A stretch of 64,000 nt of DNA from an uncultured Thermoleophilia bacterium (GCA_963710465.1 CAVQAQ010000009.1:22515-86514); one strand, 5' to 3'; numbered from the stretch's first letter, positions 40,102 through 51,127 are shown. Numbers and translations: made by a program. Notes: generated by a model not told the origin, from the letters alone.

Positions 40102-43100
40102 TTAGGAGGCAGCGGCCAGCAGCGCCTCGCCGGCGCGGACGTACCGCGTCGCGCCGACCGAGCGCCAGAATGCGAGCGACGGTTGGAGGAACACGTCCGC
40201 CTCCGCGCGCCGGCCCTCGTCGACGAGCCAGTCGGCCGCCCAGAGCCTGACGAGCGCTGCACACGACCGGGCGCCCACGCCGTCCAGCCAGGCGACGGCC
40301 GCACCGAAATCACGGTCGACGAGCTGAATCGCCATCTCGAACCACGGGTACGGCGGCCGGCTGTCGATCGCCGCGCGCAGGCGCTCCTCGCGTCCGGTCC
40401 GCCACGCGGCATACCACACCTCGACCACCCATTCGTCGGTATGCCCCGAGCCAGACTTCTCCCAGAGCGCGAAGAACTCATCGACATGCTCTGCTGCAGC
40501 GTCCAGCTCATCCGTCTCGGCGTGGAGGCGGGCGCTGAACACGATCGGCCAGACCAGGCTCTGGAAATTGTCAGCCTCGGCGGCAATCCTCAGGGCGCGG
40601 ACGGTGTCGTCCCGCGCGGCGTCCAGCGCGCCTTCGGCGAGCAGGATCCTCGCCCGGCTGATCCGCGTCTGCGGCTCGATCCAGAAGGGCGACGTGTCGT
40701 AGCTGGGCATAAGCTCGGCGAGGAGCCGCCGCGCCTCGTCCCACTCGCCCGCGAGCGTCAGATCGGAGGCGAGCTCGGTCGTCAGCCAACGGATCGGCTC
40801 GTCGTAACCGATCTGGCGCGCGATCTCGAGGGCCTCCTCGTGCAGCTCACGGACACGGGCAAGCTCGCCGAAGCCGAAGATGGTCGAGGCGAGGTTGCCA
40901 CACGCGCGCAGGTACTCCGGGCCCCCGGCGGCGCGCGCGATCTCACGGGCCGCCTCCAGGTCGGCCAGGCCGTCGCGGTCGCCGAGGCCCACACGGGCGA
41001 TGCCAAGGCTGTTCAGGGCGTGGGCACGGAACTCGTCGCTCCCGAGATTCTCGGCCAGCGGGATCGCGTCCCGCGCGAGTGCGATGCCACGCTCGTATTC
41101 GTCTGCGAGGACGGCAAAGCGCGCGAGGTCGGCGAGAACGCGGAGCTTTGTGCCCGGATCACGCATCCGCGGGACGAGCGCTTCGGCCGAGCGGAAGTAC
41201 GTATCCGCGGGGCCGCGTTCGCCGAGCAGCCAGCGGTACTCGCCAAGCACGAGCTCCGCCCTGGCGGCGGTATCCGGGTCGCCGGCGAGCAGCCGCTCCC
41301 GCGCACGGACGAGCAGGCGGTCGTTGCTCGAGACGTCCACGTACGTGCCCGCGTCGGCATAGTCGAGCGCCAGGCCCGGCCATTCCGCATCCTCCTCGGG
41401 CGTCAACTCGAGCGCGGAGGCGAAGAACTCCGTGGCGCTGCGGAAGGCGTTGAGCGCGACTGCGCGGCGGCCGGCCGCGCGGAGCGCCTGCCGCGCCAGG
41501 GCCCGAACCTGCTCGCTCTCGCGCCCGGCTGCCTGCGCGTACTCGAGCGCGCTGACGTAGTGATGGGCGAGCAGCTCAGCCGCATCCTCACCGCGGATCC
41601 GCGACTCGATCCACTCCGCCACCTGCTCGTGCTTCTCGGCTCGCGCCGCCCGCGGGATCTGCGCGTACGCGACGTCACGCACGAGCACGTGCCGGAACGC
41701 GTACTGAAGCTCGTCCTCGACGGCGGACCGCCGTTCCCGCCGGATGAACTCCTTGCGCTCGAGCGCGTAGAGGGACTCGTCGAGCGCGCCGCGGTCGGTA
41801 CGCCCCAGCGCCCCGGGCCAGAAGACCTTCCCCACCACCGAGGCGTCCTGGACGACCTCCTTCTCCTCGCGGGTGAGCGCGTCAAGACGGGCCGAGATCA
41901 CGCCCTGCAGCGACTCGGGCAGCGGCAGCTCGCCGCTGGACGCGTCGAGGCCCCGCTCGGCGACCATCCGAGCGAACTCCTCCGCGTAGAGCGGGTTGCC
42001 GCCCGCGCGCGCCAGGACGGCCGCCTGGAGGTCCGCGGGCAGCACGGCGCGCTCGAGGATCGCGTGCACGAGCCCGGCGGTCTCGTGCTCGCTGAGCGGT
42101 GCAAGCGAGAGCGTCGCCGCGTTCGACTTGCCCCCACCCCAGCCCGACCGGCGCGCAAGCAGCTCCGGGCGCGCCGTTCCGACGATGAGGAGCGGGACGT
42201 CCGCGGCGCGCTCCGCGAACGTGTCGACGAAGTCGAGCAGCCCGTCGTCGGCCCAGTGCAGGTCCTCGAAGACCAGCACGGTCGGGCGCTCGTCGGCGAG
42301 CCCCTCGAGAAACCGCCGCCACGCCGCGAACGCCTCCCCGCGGCTGTCGGCACCGAACTTCTGGTCGGCCAGCCCGATCAGCGGACGCAGCTCGCCGGCG
42401 ATCCAGTCGGCCTCGGCCGCCGAGCAGATGTGCCCGACAGCCGCGCGAAGCTTCTCCTCCGCGACCGCGCCACTGTCGCTCTCGAGGATGCCGGCCTCGG
42501 CCTTGAGCATCTCGCCGAGCGCCCAGTAGCTGACGCCCTGCCCGTACGGCAGCGACCGCCCCTGGCGCCAGCGGATGATGTCCGGATCGGCGTCGACGGC
42601 CAGCGACAGCTCCTGGACGAGCCGGCTCTTGCCCATCCCCGGGACGCCGACGATGGTCACGAGCTGCGGCTCGCGCTCCGCGCGGGCCCGGGCGAGCGCC
42701 CCGAGTAGCTGGTCGAGCTCGCGGGCGCGTCCGACGAGCTTCGTCGCCGGCCGCAGGTCGACGTCGACGCCGAAGCCCGAGCGGGCGGCGATGACCTCCC
42801 AGACCGCCACCGGCTGCGCCTTGCCCTTGGCAGCGACTGCCGGCGCCCCGCGGTACTCGATTACCCGGTCGGTCGCGCGATACGTCGCCTCCCCGACCAG
42901 AATGCCGTTGACGGGCGCGGCGCCCTGCAGGCGCGCGGCCGTGTTGACGACGTCGCCGGCGACCATGCCCTCTCCCCCATCCGGCCGCGCGTCGACGGAG
43001 ACGAGCGCCTCGCCCGTGTTGACGGCGATCCGCACCTCGAGGCCGTCCTCGTCGTGTGCCCACTCGCGGATGGCAAGCGCGGCGCGGACGGCGCGCTCGG

Positions 43101-43410
43101 CGTCGTCCTCGTGCACCGCCGGCGCGCCGAACACCGCCACGACGGCGTCGCCGATGAACTTCTCGACGGTGCCGCCGTAGTGCTCGAGGATCGCGCGGAC
43201 GCGGCCGTGGTACGCGGAGAGCAGCGCGCGGACGTCCTCCGGGTCGAGCTGCTCGGCCCGCGCCGTCGACCCGACCAGGTCGCAGAAGACGATGCTGACC
43301 ACCTTGCGCTCCTCGCGCACGGCCGGCGCTTCGGCGAGCGGCGACCCGCACTGGAGGCAGAAGCGGGCGCCCTCGGGGTTCTCCGTACCGCAGGCCGGGC
43401 AGGTGATCAC
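40102..43410 (-). CDS. Zinc-ribbon / class III adenylate-guanylate cyclase / P-loop (AAA_16-like STAND) ATPase / TPR-like repeat protein, copy 1 (intact, 1102 aa)
   Basis: GTG at 43410 overlaps the stop of copy 2 (GTGA). CPACGTENPEGARFCLQCG. Cyclase motifs FCDLVGST, KFIGDAVVAVFG, GDVVNTAARL. Walker A GVPGMGKS, Walker B LVFEDLHWAD. Long helical C-terminal region. Confidence 0.8.
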   Translation of the reverse strand: MITCPACGTENPEGARFCLQCGSPLAEAPAVREERKVVSIVFCDLVGSTARAEQLDPEDVRALLSAYHGRVRAILEHYGGTVEKFIGDAVVAVFGAPAVHEDDAERAVRAALAIREWAHDEDGLEVRIAVNTGEALVSVDARPDGGEGMVAGDVVNTAARLQGAAPVNGILVGEATYRATDRVIEYRGAPAVAAKGKAQPVAVWEVIAARSGFGVDVDLRPATKLVGRARELDQLLGALARARAEREPQLVTIVGVPGMGKSRLVQELSLAVDADPDIIRWRQGRSLPYGQGVSYWALGEMLKAEAGILESDSGAVAEEKLRAAVGHICSAAEADWIAGELRPLIGLADQKFGADSRGEAFAAWRRFLEGLADERPTVLVFEDLHWADDGLLDFVDTFAERAADVPLLIVGTARPELLARRSGWGGGKSNAATLSLAPLSEHETAGLVHAILERAVLPADLQAAVLARAGGNPLYAEEFARMVAERGLDASSGELPLPESLQGVISARLDALTREEKEVVQDASVVGKVFWPGALGRTDRGALDESLYALERKEFIRRERRSAVEDELQYAFRHVLVRDVAYAQIPRAARAEKHEQVAEWIESRIRGEDAAELLAHHYVSALEYAQAAGRESEQVRALARQALRAAGRRAVALNAFRSATEFFASALELTPEEDAEWPGLALDYADAGTYVDVSSNDRLLVRARERLLAGDPDTAARAELVLGEYRWLLGERGPADTYFRSAEALVPRMRDPGTKLRVLADLARFAVLADEYERGIALARDAIPLAENLGSDEFRAHALNSLGIARVGLGDRDGLADLEAAREIARAAGGPEYLRACGNLASTIFGFGELARVRELHEEALEIARQIGYDEPIRWLTTELASDLTLAGEWDEARRLLAELMPSYDTSPFWIEPQTRISRARILLAEGALDAARDDTVRALRIAAEADNFQSLVWPIVFSARLHAETDELDAAAEHVDEFFALWEKSGSGHTDEWVVEVWYAAWRTGREERLRAAIDSRPPYPWFEMAIQLVDRDFGAAVAWLDGVGARSCAALVRLWAADWLVDEGRRAEADVFLQPSLAFWRSVGATRYVRAGEALLAAAS

Positions 43411-46400
43411 GATGCGACCTCGAGCAGCGTCTGTGCCTCCTGCAGGTAGGCGGTCGCTTCGACGGCGCGCCAGAACGCCAGCGCGCGCTCCAGCTCGGCC
43501 TCGGCCTCTGCGCGATCCCCAGCTGCGAAGAGCTCTGCGGCCATGCGGCGCCGGTACTCGGCCTCGAGCGGGCGGGAACCGATCGCCGCGAAGGCACCCG
43601 CCGCGGCGGGATGATCGCCGCGTGCAACGGCGGCCGCGGCACCGACCCACGGGTCGGCGTCGATGCGGTCCGCGAGCGCCGGGGCGAGCTCGTCGCCGCG
43701 ACCGAGCTGACAGGCTCCGTCCGCCAGGTACGCCCAGTAGTGGCTCCTCATTCCGACGCGGTCGCGAAGCGAATCCAGCAGCTCGTCGAGCAGCTCGGAA
43801 GCCGCCGCTCGGTCGGCCAGCACGACGCTGAGGTGGAGCGCGAGCGCCGGCTGCAGCATCTGCGGCTCGCCGACGCGGCGCGCGGTCTCGACGGAGCGCT
43901 CGCTGTCGGCGACCGCCGCGCGCCGGCGGCCCCGCGCCAGCAGGATCTGCGCACGCACGGCCCGCCACGAGGTCTCGAGATAGTGCGGTACGCCCGCCTC
44001 GATCGGGGCGAGCTGCTCTTCCACGAGCGCCAGCGACCGGTCCCAGTCGCCGTCGTGGAACCAGATCTGGGCACGCTTTTCCCGGAGCCATATGAGCCAC
44101 TCCGGGTAGCCGAAGCGCTCGGCTCGCTCGCAGCCCACGCGTGCTCACGGCATCCGCCTCCGTGAGCCGGCCGATCTCGATGAGCTGGTGCGTCAGATTG
44201 TTGTAGCCGCGGAACGCCTGCACGGAGCCGAGCCGCTCGAAGATGGCGATGCTCTCCTCCAGCTCGGCCTTCGACCGGTCGAAGTCGTCCAGGAACCGCG
44301 CCGCGCTGAGGTTGTTCAGCGCATCGGCGCGGACGTCGTCGAGCCCGAGCTCGGTCTGCCATCTCGAGCGCGTCCGTCGCGAAGCGCGTCGCCTCGTCGA
44401 AGCGGCTCGCGAGCATGTGGAAGCGGGCGATCTGGCTCGTCACGAACGCTTTCGACGGCGAGAGCGGGGCGCTCTCGATGAGCGCTGCGGCAGCGTCGAG
44501 GTGGGCCTTCGCCTCCGCCGCCTCGCCGTGGCGCCAGCGAGAGATCGGCCAGCAGGACGTCGGCCTCCGCCGCGCGGTCGTCTTTCCCCGCGGCCAGCAG
44601 GCCGGCGCGGGCCTCTTCGAGCACCTCGAGCGCCCCGGCCTCGTTGGTGGGCTCCGTCGCACGTCCGAGCGACAGCAGCAGCTCCGGCCGGAGGGGATCG
44701 TCCGGCGGCCAGAGCTCGAGTGCGGCCCGGTAGAAACGCGCCGCGCTGCGGTCGGCATTGAGCGCCAGCGCCCGGTCGCCGGCCTCGCGGAGCGGCGTCC
44801 GTGCGCCGACGGCAAGTGCGTCGACGTCCTGCCCGGCCGCGCGCGCGAACTCGAGAGCGCTGAGGTAGTGGTGCGCGAGCAGCTCCGACTGCTCCTCCGG
44901 CCGGCCGAGCGACGCGATCCACTCGGCGGCGAGCCGGTGCTTCTCGGCCCTGCGCGCACGCGGGATCTGCCCGTAGGCGACGTCGCGCACGAGCAGGTGC
45001 CGGAAGGCGTACTGGCTCTCGCCGGCGATCGGTCGAGCGGCGCTCGCGCTGAACGAACTCCCGGCGCGCGAGCGCGTGCAGCGCAGCGTCGACCGCTTCC
45101 CGGTCGACCGCCGCCGAGCGCAGCGACCGAGCCCGACCAGAAGAGCTTGCCGATCACAGCCGCGTCCTCGAGGACGGCCTTCTCCTCGGCGGACAGCGCG
45201 TCGATTCGCGCGGCGATCAGCGACTGGATCGAGTCGGGGAGCGGGAGCTCGCCTCCGTCGGTCGCCAGCTCGACGCTGACGCGGGCGAACTCCTCTGCGT
45301 ACAGCGGGTTGCCGCCGGCGCGCTCCAAAAGGAGCGCCTGGACGTCGGCCGGCAGGACGGCCTTGTCGAGGAGTGCGTGGACGAGCCGGGCCGTGTCGTC
45401 CGGAGAGAGCGGCGAGAGCGACACCGTCGTCGCATTGAGCTTGCCCCCGCCCCAGCCGGGACGGCGGGCGATGAGCTCCGGCCGCGCCGTGCAGACGAGC
45501 AGCAGCGGCACGCCGGTCGCCCAGTCGACGAGGTGGTCGATGAAGTCGAGCAGGCCGTCGTCGGCCCAGTGCGCATCCTCGAACACGAGCACGCGCCGGC
45601 CCGGTGTCCGCAATGCCCTCGAGGTACCGCTGCCACGCGGCGAAGGCGTCCGCGCGCGTGTCCCCGCGCTGATCACCCTGGCCGAGCAGCGTCCGGAGAT
45701 GCGGCTCGACCCACACGGCTTCGTCTGCGCCGACGAGCTCTCCGACCGGACGCGCAGCTTGCTCTGCGACCTCGGCCGGGTCGTCGCTCTCGAGGATGCC
45801 CGCCTGCGCCTTCACCATCTCGGCGAGGGCCCAGTAGGTGACGCCCTCGCCGTAGGGCAGCGAGCGGCCCTGGCGCCAGCCGATGAGATCGGGGTCGCGC
45901 TCGACCTCGTCGAAGAGCTCGCGGACGAGCCGGCTCTTCCCGATTCCGGGGACGCCGACGAGCGTGACGAGGTGCGGCGCCTGCTCGTCGCGGACCCGCG
46001 CGAGCGCGCTGCGCAGGAGGTCGAGCTCGCGCGCCCGCCCGACGAGCGGTGTGCGCGCCGTCTCGCCGAGGTCGACGCCGAACCGCGCCCGCGCCGCCAC
46101 CGCCTCGGAGACGACGCACGGGCTCGGCCTTGCCCTTCGCGTCGACGGGCTCGGCCTCGGCGTAGTCGATGGCGCGCTCGGTGGCGCGTCTCGTCGCCTC
46201 GCCGACGAGGACGCCGTTGACCGGCGCCGCGGACTGCAGCCGCGCGGCCGTGTTGACGACGTCGCCGGCGACCATGCCCTCGCCCGGCTCGGGCCGGGCG
46301 TCGACGCGAGACGAGCGCCTCGCCGGTGTTGACCGCGATCCGCACCTCGACGTCCTCCTCCTCGACGCGCCCAGTCGCGAATCGCGAGCGCGGCACGGAC

Positions 46401-46641
46401 GGCGCGCTCGGCGTCGTCCTCGTGCACGACGGGCGCGCCGAAGACAGCCACGACGGCGTCGCCGATGAACTTCTCCACCGTGCCCGCCGTGGCGCTCGAG
46501 CTCGTGCGCGAAGGCGCGCGTGGTACGGCCCCAGGATCGCGCTGGACGTCCTCGGGGTCGAGCGACTCGGCGCGCGACGTGAAACCGACCAGGTCGGCGA
46601 ACACGACGGTCACGACCTTGCGCTCCTTGCGGGACCGCCAT
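43407..46641 (-). pseudogene. Cyclase / P-loop STAND / TPR protein, copy 2: no zinc ribbon, many frame changes
   Basis: Readable only by hopping between all three minus frames (ORFs 45673-47520, 44316-46613, 45217-45636, 43748-45676, the 5' part of 40102-44223, and 43407-44138). Keeps FADLVGFTSRAE, TVEKFIGDAVVAVFG, GVPGIGKSRLV, and the family tail ..AFWRAVEATAYLQEAQTLLEVAS. Confidence 0.7.
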
Positions 46642-46660
46642 GCGCGCCGAGTCTAGGTTG

Positions 46661-49600
46661 CTACGCGGTTTCGGCGAGCAGCGCCTCGCTGCGACGGACG
46701 TACGCCGTCGCCCCGACCTCACGGTAGAACCCAAGGGCCTGATCCCGCTGGATCGCCGCCTCGGCGCCGCGGCCTTCGCGCGCGAGCGCTTCACCGAGGC
46801 GGAGCCGCGTATACGCCTCCTCGGTGCGGAAGCCGGAAGCCTCGAACCGCTCCGCGGCCGCCGCCAGGTCGCCGACGGCGAGGGCTGCGCTGGCGTCCGC
46901 CCAGACGCCCGGATTGCGCGCCTCGGGCATCTCGTCGCCCCGGCCGAGGTCGTGCAGGAGCCAGCCGAGGTCGATGAGCCACGGGAAGTACTGGGCCCGT
47001 CCCTCTTCGTCACGGAACGTGAGGACCTCGTCGACCAGCTCGACGGCCTCTGTCTGCCGACCCTGGCCGAACAGGAACCGCGCCTGCGCTGCAAGCGTCG
47101 GTCCGACCGCCTGCGGTTCCTTGACGACGCTGACGAGCTCGACGGCGCGCGCCCAGCTCGCCTCTGCTGCGGCGACATCACCGTGTGCCTCGGCGAAGAG
47201 CGCGTGATGGAACGGCGCCACGAATGCCAGGACGTGGCCGGGCTCCTGCTCGATGTGGTGCTCGAAGCGGGCGAGCAGCGTCTCCGCCCGGGCCCAGTCG
47301 CCGGCGAGATAGGCGACCGAGAGCCACTGCGCGTCGAGCCACGAGAGGCCCGCGATCCAGCCGACGCGGCGGATCCGTGAGTCGACGCTGACGTAGATCT
47401 CCTCGACCTGCGCAAGGTCGCCGGTCTGGAGATGAACCTCTGCGAAGTTGTTCTGCCCGCGCATGTACTCCACGAACGAGTTACACCGGTCCGCGATCGC
47501 GATCCCGCGTCGGAAGTCATCCACGGAGTTCCGCGAGGCCGCCCAGGGTGACCAGCGCGCGAGCCTGGAGCGGCTCATCGCCGAACCGCTCTGCAAGCTC
47601 GAGGCCCTGGACGCCCGCGTCGGTCGCCTCCACTCGCCGCCCCGCGAGCATGAGCAGCCGGGACCGCTCGACCAGCACGGCGGCCTTGACCCGCGAGTCC
47701 GGCCGGTCGGCGACGAGCGTGAGCGCCCGCTCGGTCGCAGCGTGCGCCCCGTCGCGCTGTCCCGCGTTCCACATCCACCCCGAGCAGAGCACCTCGGCCT
47801 CCGCGGCCGACTCGGCATCGCCGAGCTCCATGAACCCCCCGGCCGCACGCTGGCCGTCCGCGATCGCCTGGGCGTACCCGGTGATGTACTCGGCCTCCGC
47901 GAGCGAGAGCACCGCGCGCGGACGCCGCGGGTCGGCCTCGGAAAGGAGCTCGAGCAGGCTGGCCGCGTAGCGCTGCGCCTGCGCGACGGCCGAAAGCGCG
48001 AGCGCCCGCTGCGTCGCCTCGACGAGCGCGGCGATCCCCGGCTCGGCGAGGTCGGCGACGTCCGCGCCCGCCGCGCGCCGGAGGTCGAGCGCGGCGAGGT
48101 AGTGGTACGCCAGCAGCTCGGAGATGTCCTCCGAGCGGTCGCTCAACGTCTCGATCCACCGCGCCGCGCGCGCGTGCTTGTCGGCGCGCTCGGAGCGCGG
48201 GATCTGGCCGTAGGCGACGTCGCGGACGAGGAGGTGGGCGAACGTGAACTCGTCCTCGCCTTCCACCGCGCTCCTGCGCTCGCGGCGGATGAACTCCTTC
48301 CGCTGGAGCGAGCGCAGCTGCTCGTTCGTCCCCTCGTGCCCGGTGAGCGCCCCGGCCCAGAACGTCCGGCCGAGAACGGCAGCGTCGAGCAGCAGCTGCT
48401 TCTCGGCGGCCGGCAGCGAGTCGAGGCGCGCGGCGATGATCGCCTGGACGCTGTCCGGAAGCGCCTCGTCGAGTCCGCCGCGCTCGGTGAGCATGCGGGC
48501 GAACTGCTCGGCGTAGAGGGGGTTGCCGCCGGCGCGCGCGAGCAACTCCTCCTGCGTCTCGGCCGGCAGCAGGTGGCGGTCGAGGACGGCGGCGAGCAGC
48601 CGAGCGGTGTCCGCGTTGTCGAGCGGTGCGAGCGACAGCGTGTGCGCATTCCGCTTGCCGCCGCCCCAGCCCGGGCGCCGGTCGAGCAGCTCAGGCCGCG
48701 CGGTGGCGACGACCAGCAGCGGCACGTCGGTCACCCAGTCGGCGAGCTCGTCGACGAAGTCGAGCAGGTCGTCCCCCGCCCAGTGCAGGTCCTCGAACAC
48801 GAGCACGGTGGGCCGCTGGTCGGCAAGCGCCTCGAGGAAGCGCCGCCAGGCGCCGAAGCTCTCGTCACGCGAGCCCTCGCCGGCGTCGAGGCCGACGAGC
48901 GGCCGCAGCCGGCTCTCGACCCAGGCCGCGTCTTCCTCGTGGATCACACCCCGGACAGCTGCGGCCAGCTTGTCGCCCGTGTCCGACGCCGAGTCGGTGT
49001 CGCGGATCCCGGCCTCCGCGCGGACGATCTCGGCCAACGCCCAGAAGGCGAGCCCTTCCCCGTATGGCAGCGAGCGGCCATGCCGCCAGCGGGTCAGCTC
49101 CGCGTCGTCCTCGAGCTGGGCGTAGAGCTCGGCGACGAGCCGGCTCTTGCCGATGCCGGGCACGCCGATCACGGTGACGAGCTCCGTCGAACGGTCGTCG
49201 CGGGCCCGCCTGAAGGAGCCGAGCAGGAGCTCGCGCTCGCGCTCGCGGCCGACGAGCGGTGTGCCCGGAGCGGCGAGCTCGACGGCGACGCGCGCCCGGG
49301 CGTCGATGGCCAGCCACGCCTCGACCGGCTCGGCCTTGCCCTTGGCCTCGACTGAGGGCATTTCCTGGTACTCGATCGACTCGCGCGTCGCGCGGTGGGT
49401 GGCCTCGCCGACGAGCAGGCCGTTCACGGGTGCCGCTGATTGCAGTCGCGCCGCGGTGTTGACGACGTCTCCGGCGACCATCGACTCGCCCGCCTCGGCA
49501 CGGGCGCCAACCGCCACGAGCGCCTCGCCGGTGTTGACCGCGACGCGAACCTCGACGCTGCCGTCCTCGCGCGCCCAGTCCCGGACCGCGAGCCCGGCGC

Positions 49601-49922
49601 GAACCGCACGCTCGGGATCGTCCTCGTGGGCGACCGGCGCGCCGAAGACGGCCATGACCGCGTCGCCGATGTACTTCTCGACCGTGCCGCCGAAACGCTC
49701 GAGGTCGGCACGCACCTGCGCGTAGAAGGCGTTCAGCGCCGCGCGGACGTCCTCCGGGTCGGCGCTCTCCGCACGCGCGGTTGAGCCGACGACGTCGCAG
49801 AAGACGACGCTGACGACCTTGCGCTCCTCACGCGGCGCGGGCGCATCGGCGAGCCGCGCTCCGCACTCCGAGCAGAACTTGGCGCCGGGGGCGTTCTCGG
49901 TCCCACAGTTCGGGCACGTCAC
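46661..49922 (-). pseudogene. Zinc-ribbon / class III cyclase / P-loop STAND / TPR protein, copy 3: single frame change at about 47520
   Basis: GTG at 49922. CPNCGTENAPGAKFCSECG, FCDVVGST, KYIGDAVMAVFG, GVPGIGKS, LVFEDLHWAGDD. ORF 47517-49922 ends ..LGGLAELRG and continues as ..DDFRRGIAIADRCNSF.. in ORF 46661-47848. The span length is 3n+1. Confidence 0.75.
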
Positions 49923-49933
49923 GAGCTGAGTAT

Positions 49934-51127
49934 CTAGCGAAGGCGGCGGACCGGGTAGCCCGCCTCTTCGAGCGCGGCGATGAGTTCTTCGCAGTGCTCG
50001 CGGCCGCGCATCATGAGCGTGAGCTCGACCTCGGTCTCGCCGACGGGCAAATCGAGGCCTTCGCGATGGTGCTCGACCGAGACGATGTTCCCGCGCTCGG
50101 CGGCGATCAGCGACAGCAGCTTCATCAGCTCGCCCGGCCGGTCGGCGATCCGGGTGCTGAGCGCGAGCGAGCGACCCGCGAGCGTCAGGCCGTGCCTGGC
50201 GATCGAGATCAGTTGAGTCGGATCGATGTTGCCGCCGGAGAGGAGTGCGACCGTCCGGCCCCCGCTCTCGATCTTGCCGGCGAGGAGCGCGGCGACCGAG
50301 GCCGCACCGGCGCCCTCGGCGACGAGCTTCAGCCGCTCGAGCAGCAGCACGATCGCCTCGGCGATCTTCTCGTCGTCGACCGTGACGATCGCGTCGAGCC
50401 GGTCGCGCAGGATCGACGACGTCAGCTCGCCCGGATGCTTGACGGCGATGCCGTCGGCGATCGTCCAGCCGAAGGTCGTCGAGCCCGCGAGCGGGGCCAT
50501 CGCTGCCGCCTGGACGCCGATGACGCTGATCTGCGGCCGGAGCTCCGTGAGCGCGAGCGCGATGCCGGACGCCAGCCCGCCGCCGCCGATGGGGACGATC
50601 AGCGTCTCGATGTCCTCGACCTGCTCGGCGAGCTCGAGCCCGATCGTGCCCTGTCCGGCGATCACCTGCGGGTCCTCGAACGCGTGGATGAAGGTGGCCC
50701 CGTTCGTGTCTGCATAGTCGAACGCGTCCGCGAGGCAGTCGTCGAAGCCCGCGCCGGTGAGCTCGACGCGGGCGCCGTAGTTGCGCGTCGCCTCGACCTT
50801 GGACATGGGCGCGTCCTCGGGCACGAACACCGTCGCGGGGATGCCGGCCTCGCGCGCGGCCCAGGCGACCGCCTGGCCGTGATTGCCGGCGCTCGCCGCG
50901 ACGACGCCGGCGGCCCGTTCCTCGCCTGAGAGCAGGGCAATCCGGTTGACTGCGCCGCGGATCTTGAACGCACCCGTGCGCTGCAGGTTCTCGGCCTTGA
51001 GCAGCACCTCGCGGCCGGTCAGGCGCGAGAGCGTCTCGGAAGGGTAGACGGGCGTGACGCGCGCGATGCCCGCGATGCGCTCGCGCGCGGCCGCGATGTC
51101 AGCGAGGGTCGGAGCCGTTCTGATCAA
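49934..51127 (-). CDS. ilvA: Threonine ammonia-lyase (threonine dehydratase) with a C-terminal ACT-like domain
   Basis: PLP lysine context TGAFKIRGA. ..ASAGNHGQAVA... The start (TTG at 51127) is uncertain and overlaps the meaB 3' end. Confidence 0.8.
   Translation of the reverse strand: MIRTAPTLADIAAARERIAGIARVTPVYPSETLSRLTGREVLLKAENLQRTGAFKIRGAVNRIALLSGEERAAGVVAASAGNHGQAVAWAAREAGIPATVFVPEDAPMSKVEATRNYGARVELTGAGFDDCLADAFDYADTNGATFIHAFEDPQVIAGQGTIGLELAEQVEDIETLIVPIGGGGLASGIALALTELRPQISVIGVQAAAMAPLAGSTTFGWTIADGIAVKHPGELTSSILRDRLDAIVTVDDEKIAEAIVLLLERLKLVAEGAGAASVAALLAGKIESGGRTVALLSGGNIDPTQLISIARHGLTLAGRSLALSTRIADRPGELMKLLSLIAAERGNIVSVEHHREGLDLPVGETEVELTLMMRGREHCEELIAALEEAGYPVRRLR

Noticed and set aside
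40102-44223. 1373-aa ORF taken as one giant cyclase-STAND protein
   Set aside because: Residues upstream of the GTG at 43410 are Arg/Gly/Pro-rich frame noise except for a short stretch (..AFRGYNNLTHQLIEIG..) that belongs to copy 2. The family N-terminus (zinc ribbon) starts at 43410, and the copy 2 C-terminus ends at 43407 in another frame.
47505-47535. Programmed ribosomal frameshift in cyclase copy 3
   Set aside because: There is no slippery heptamer or downstream structure at ..gaactccgtggatgacttcc... The pattern matches the single-base indels seen elsewhere in the window.
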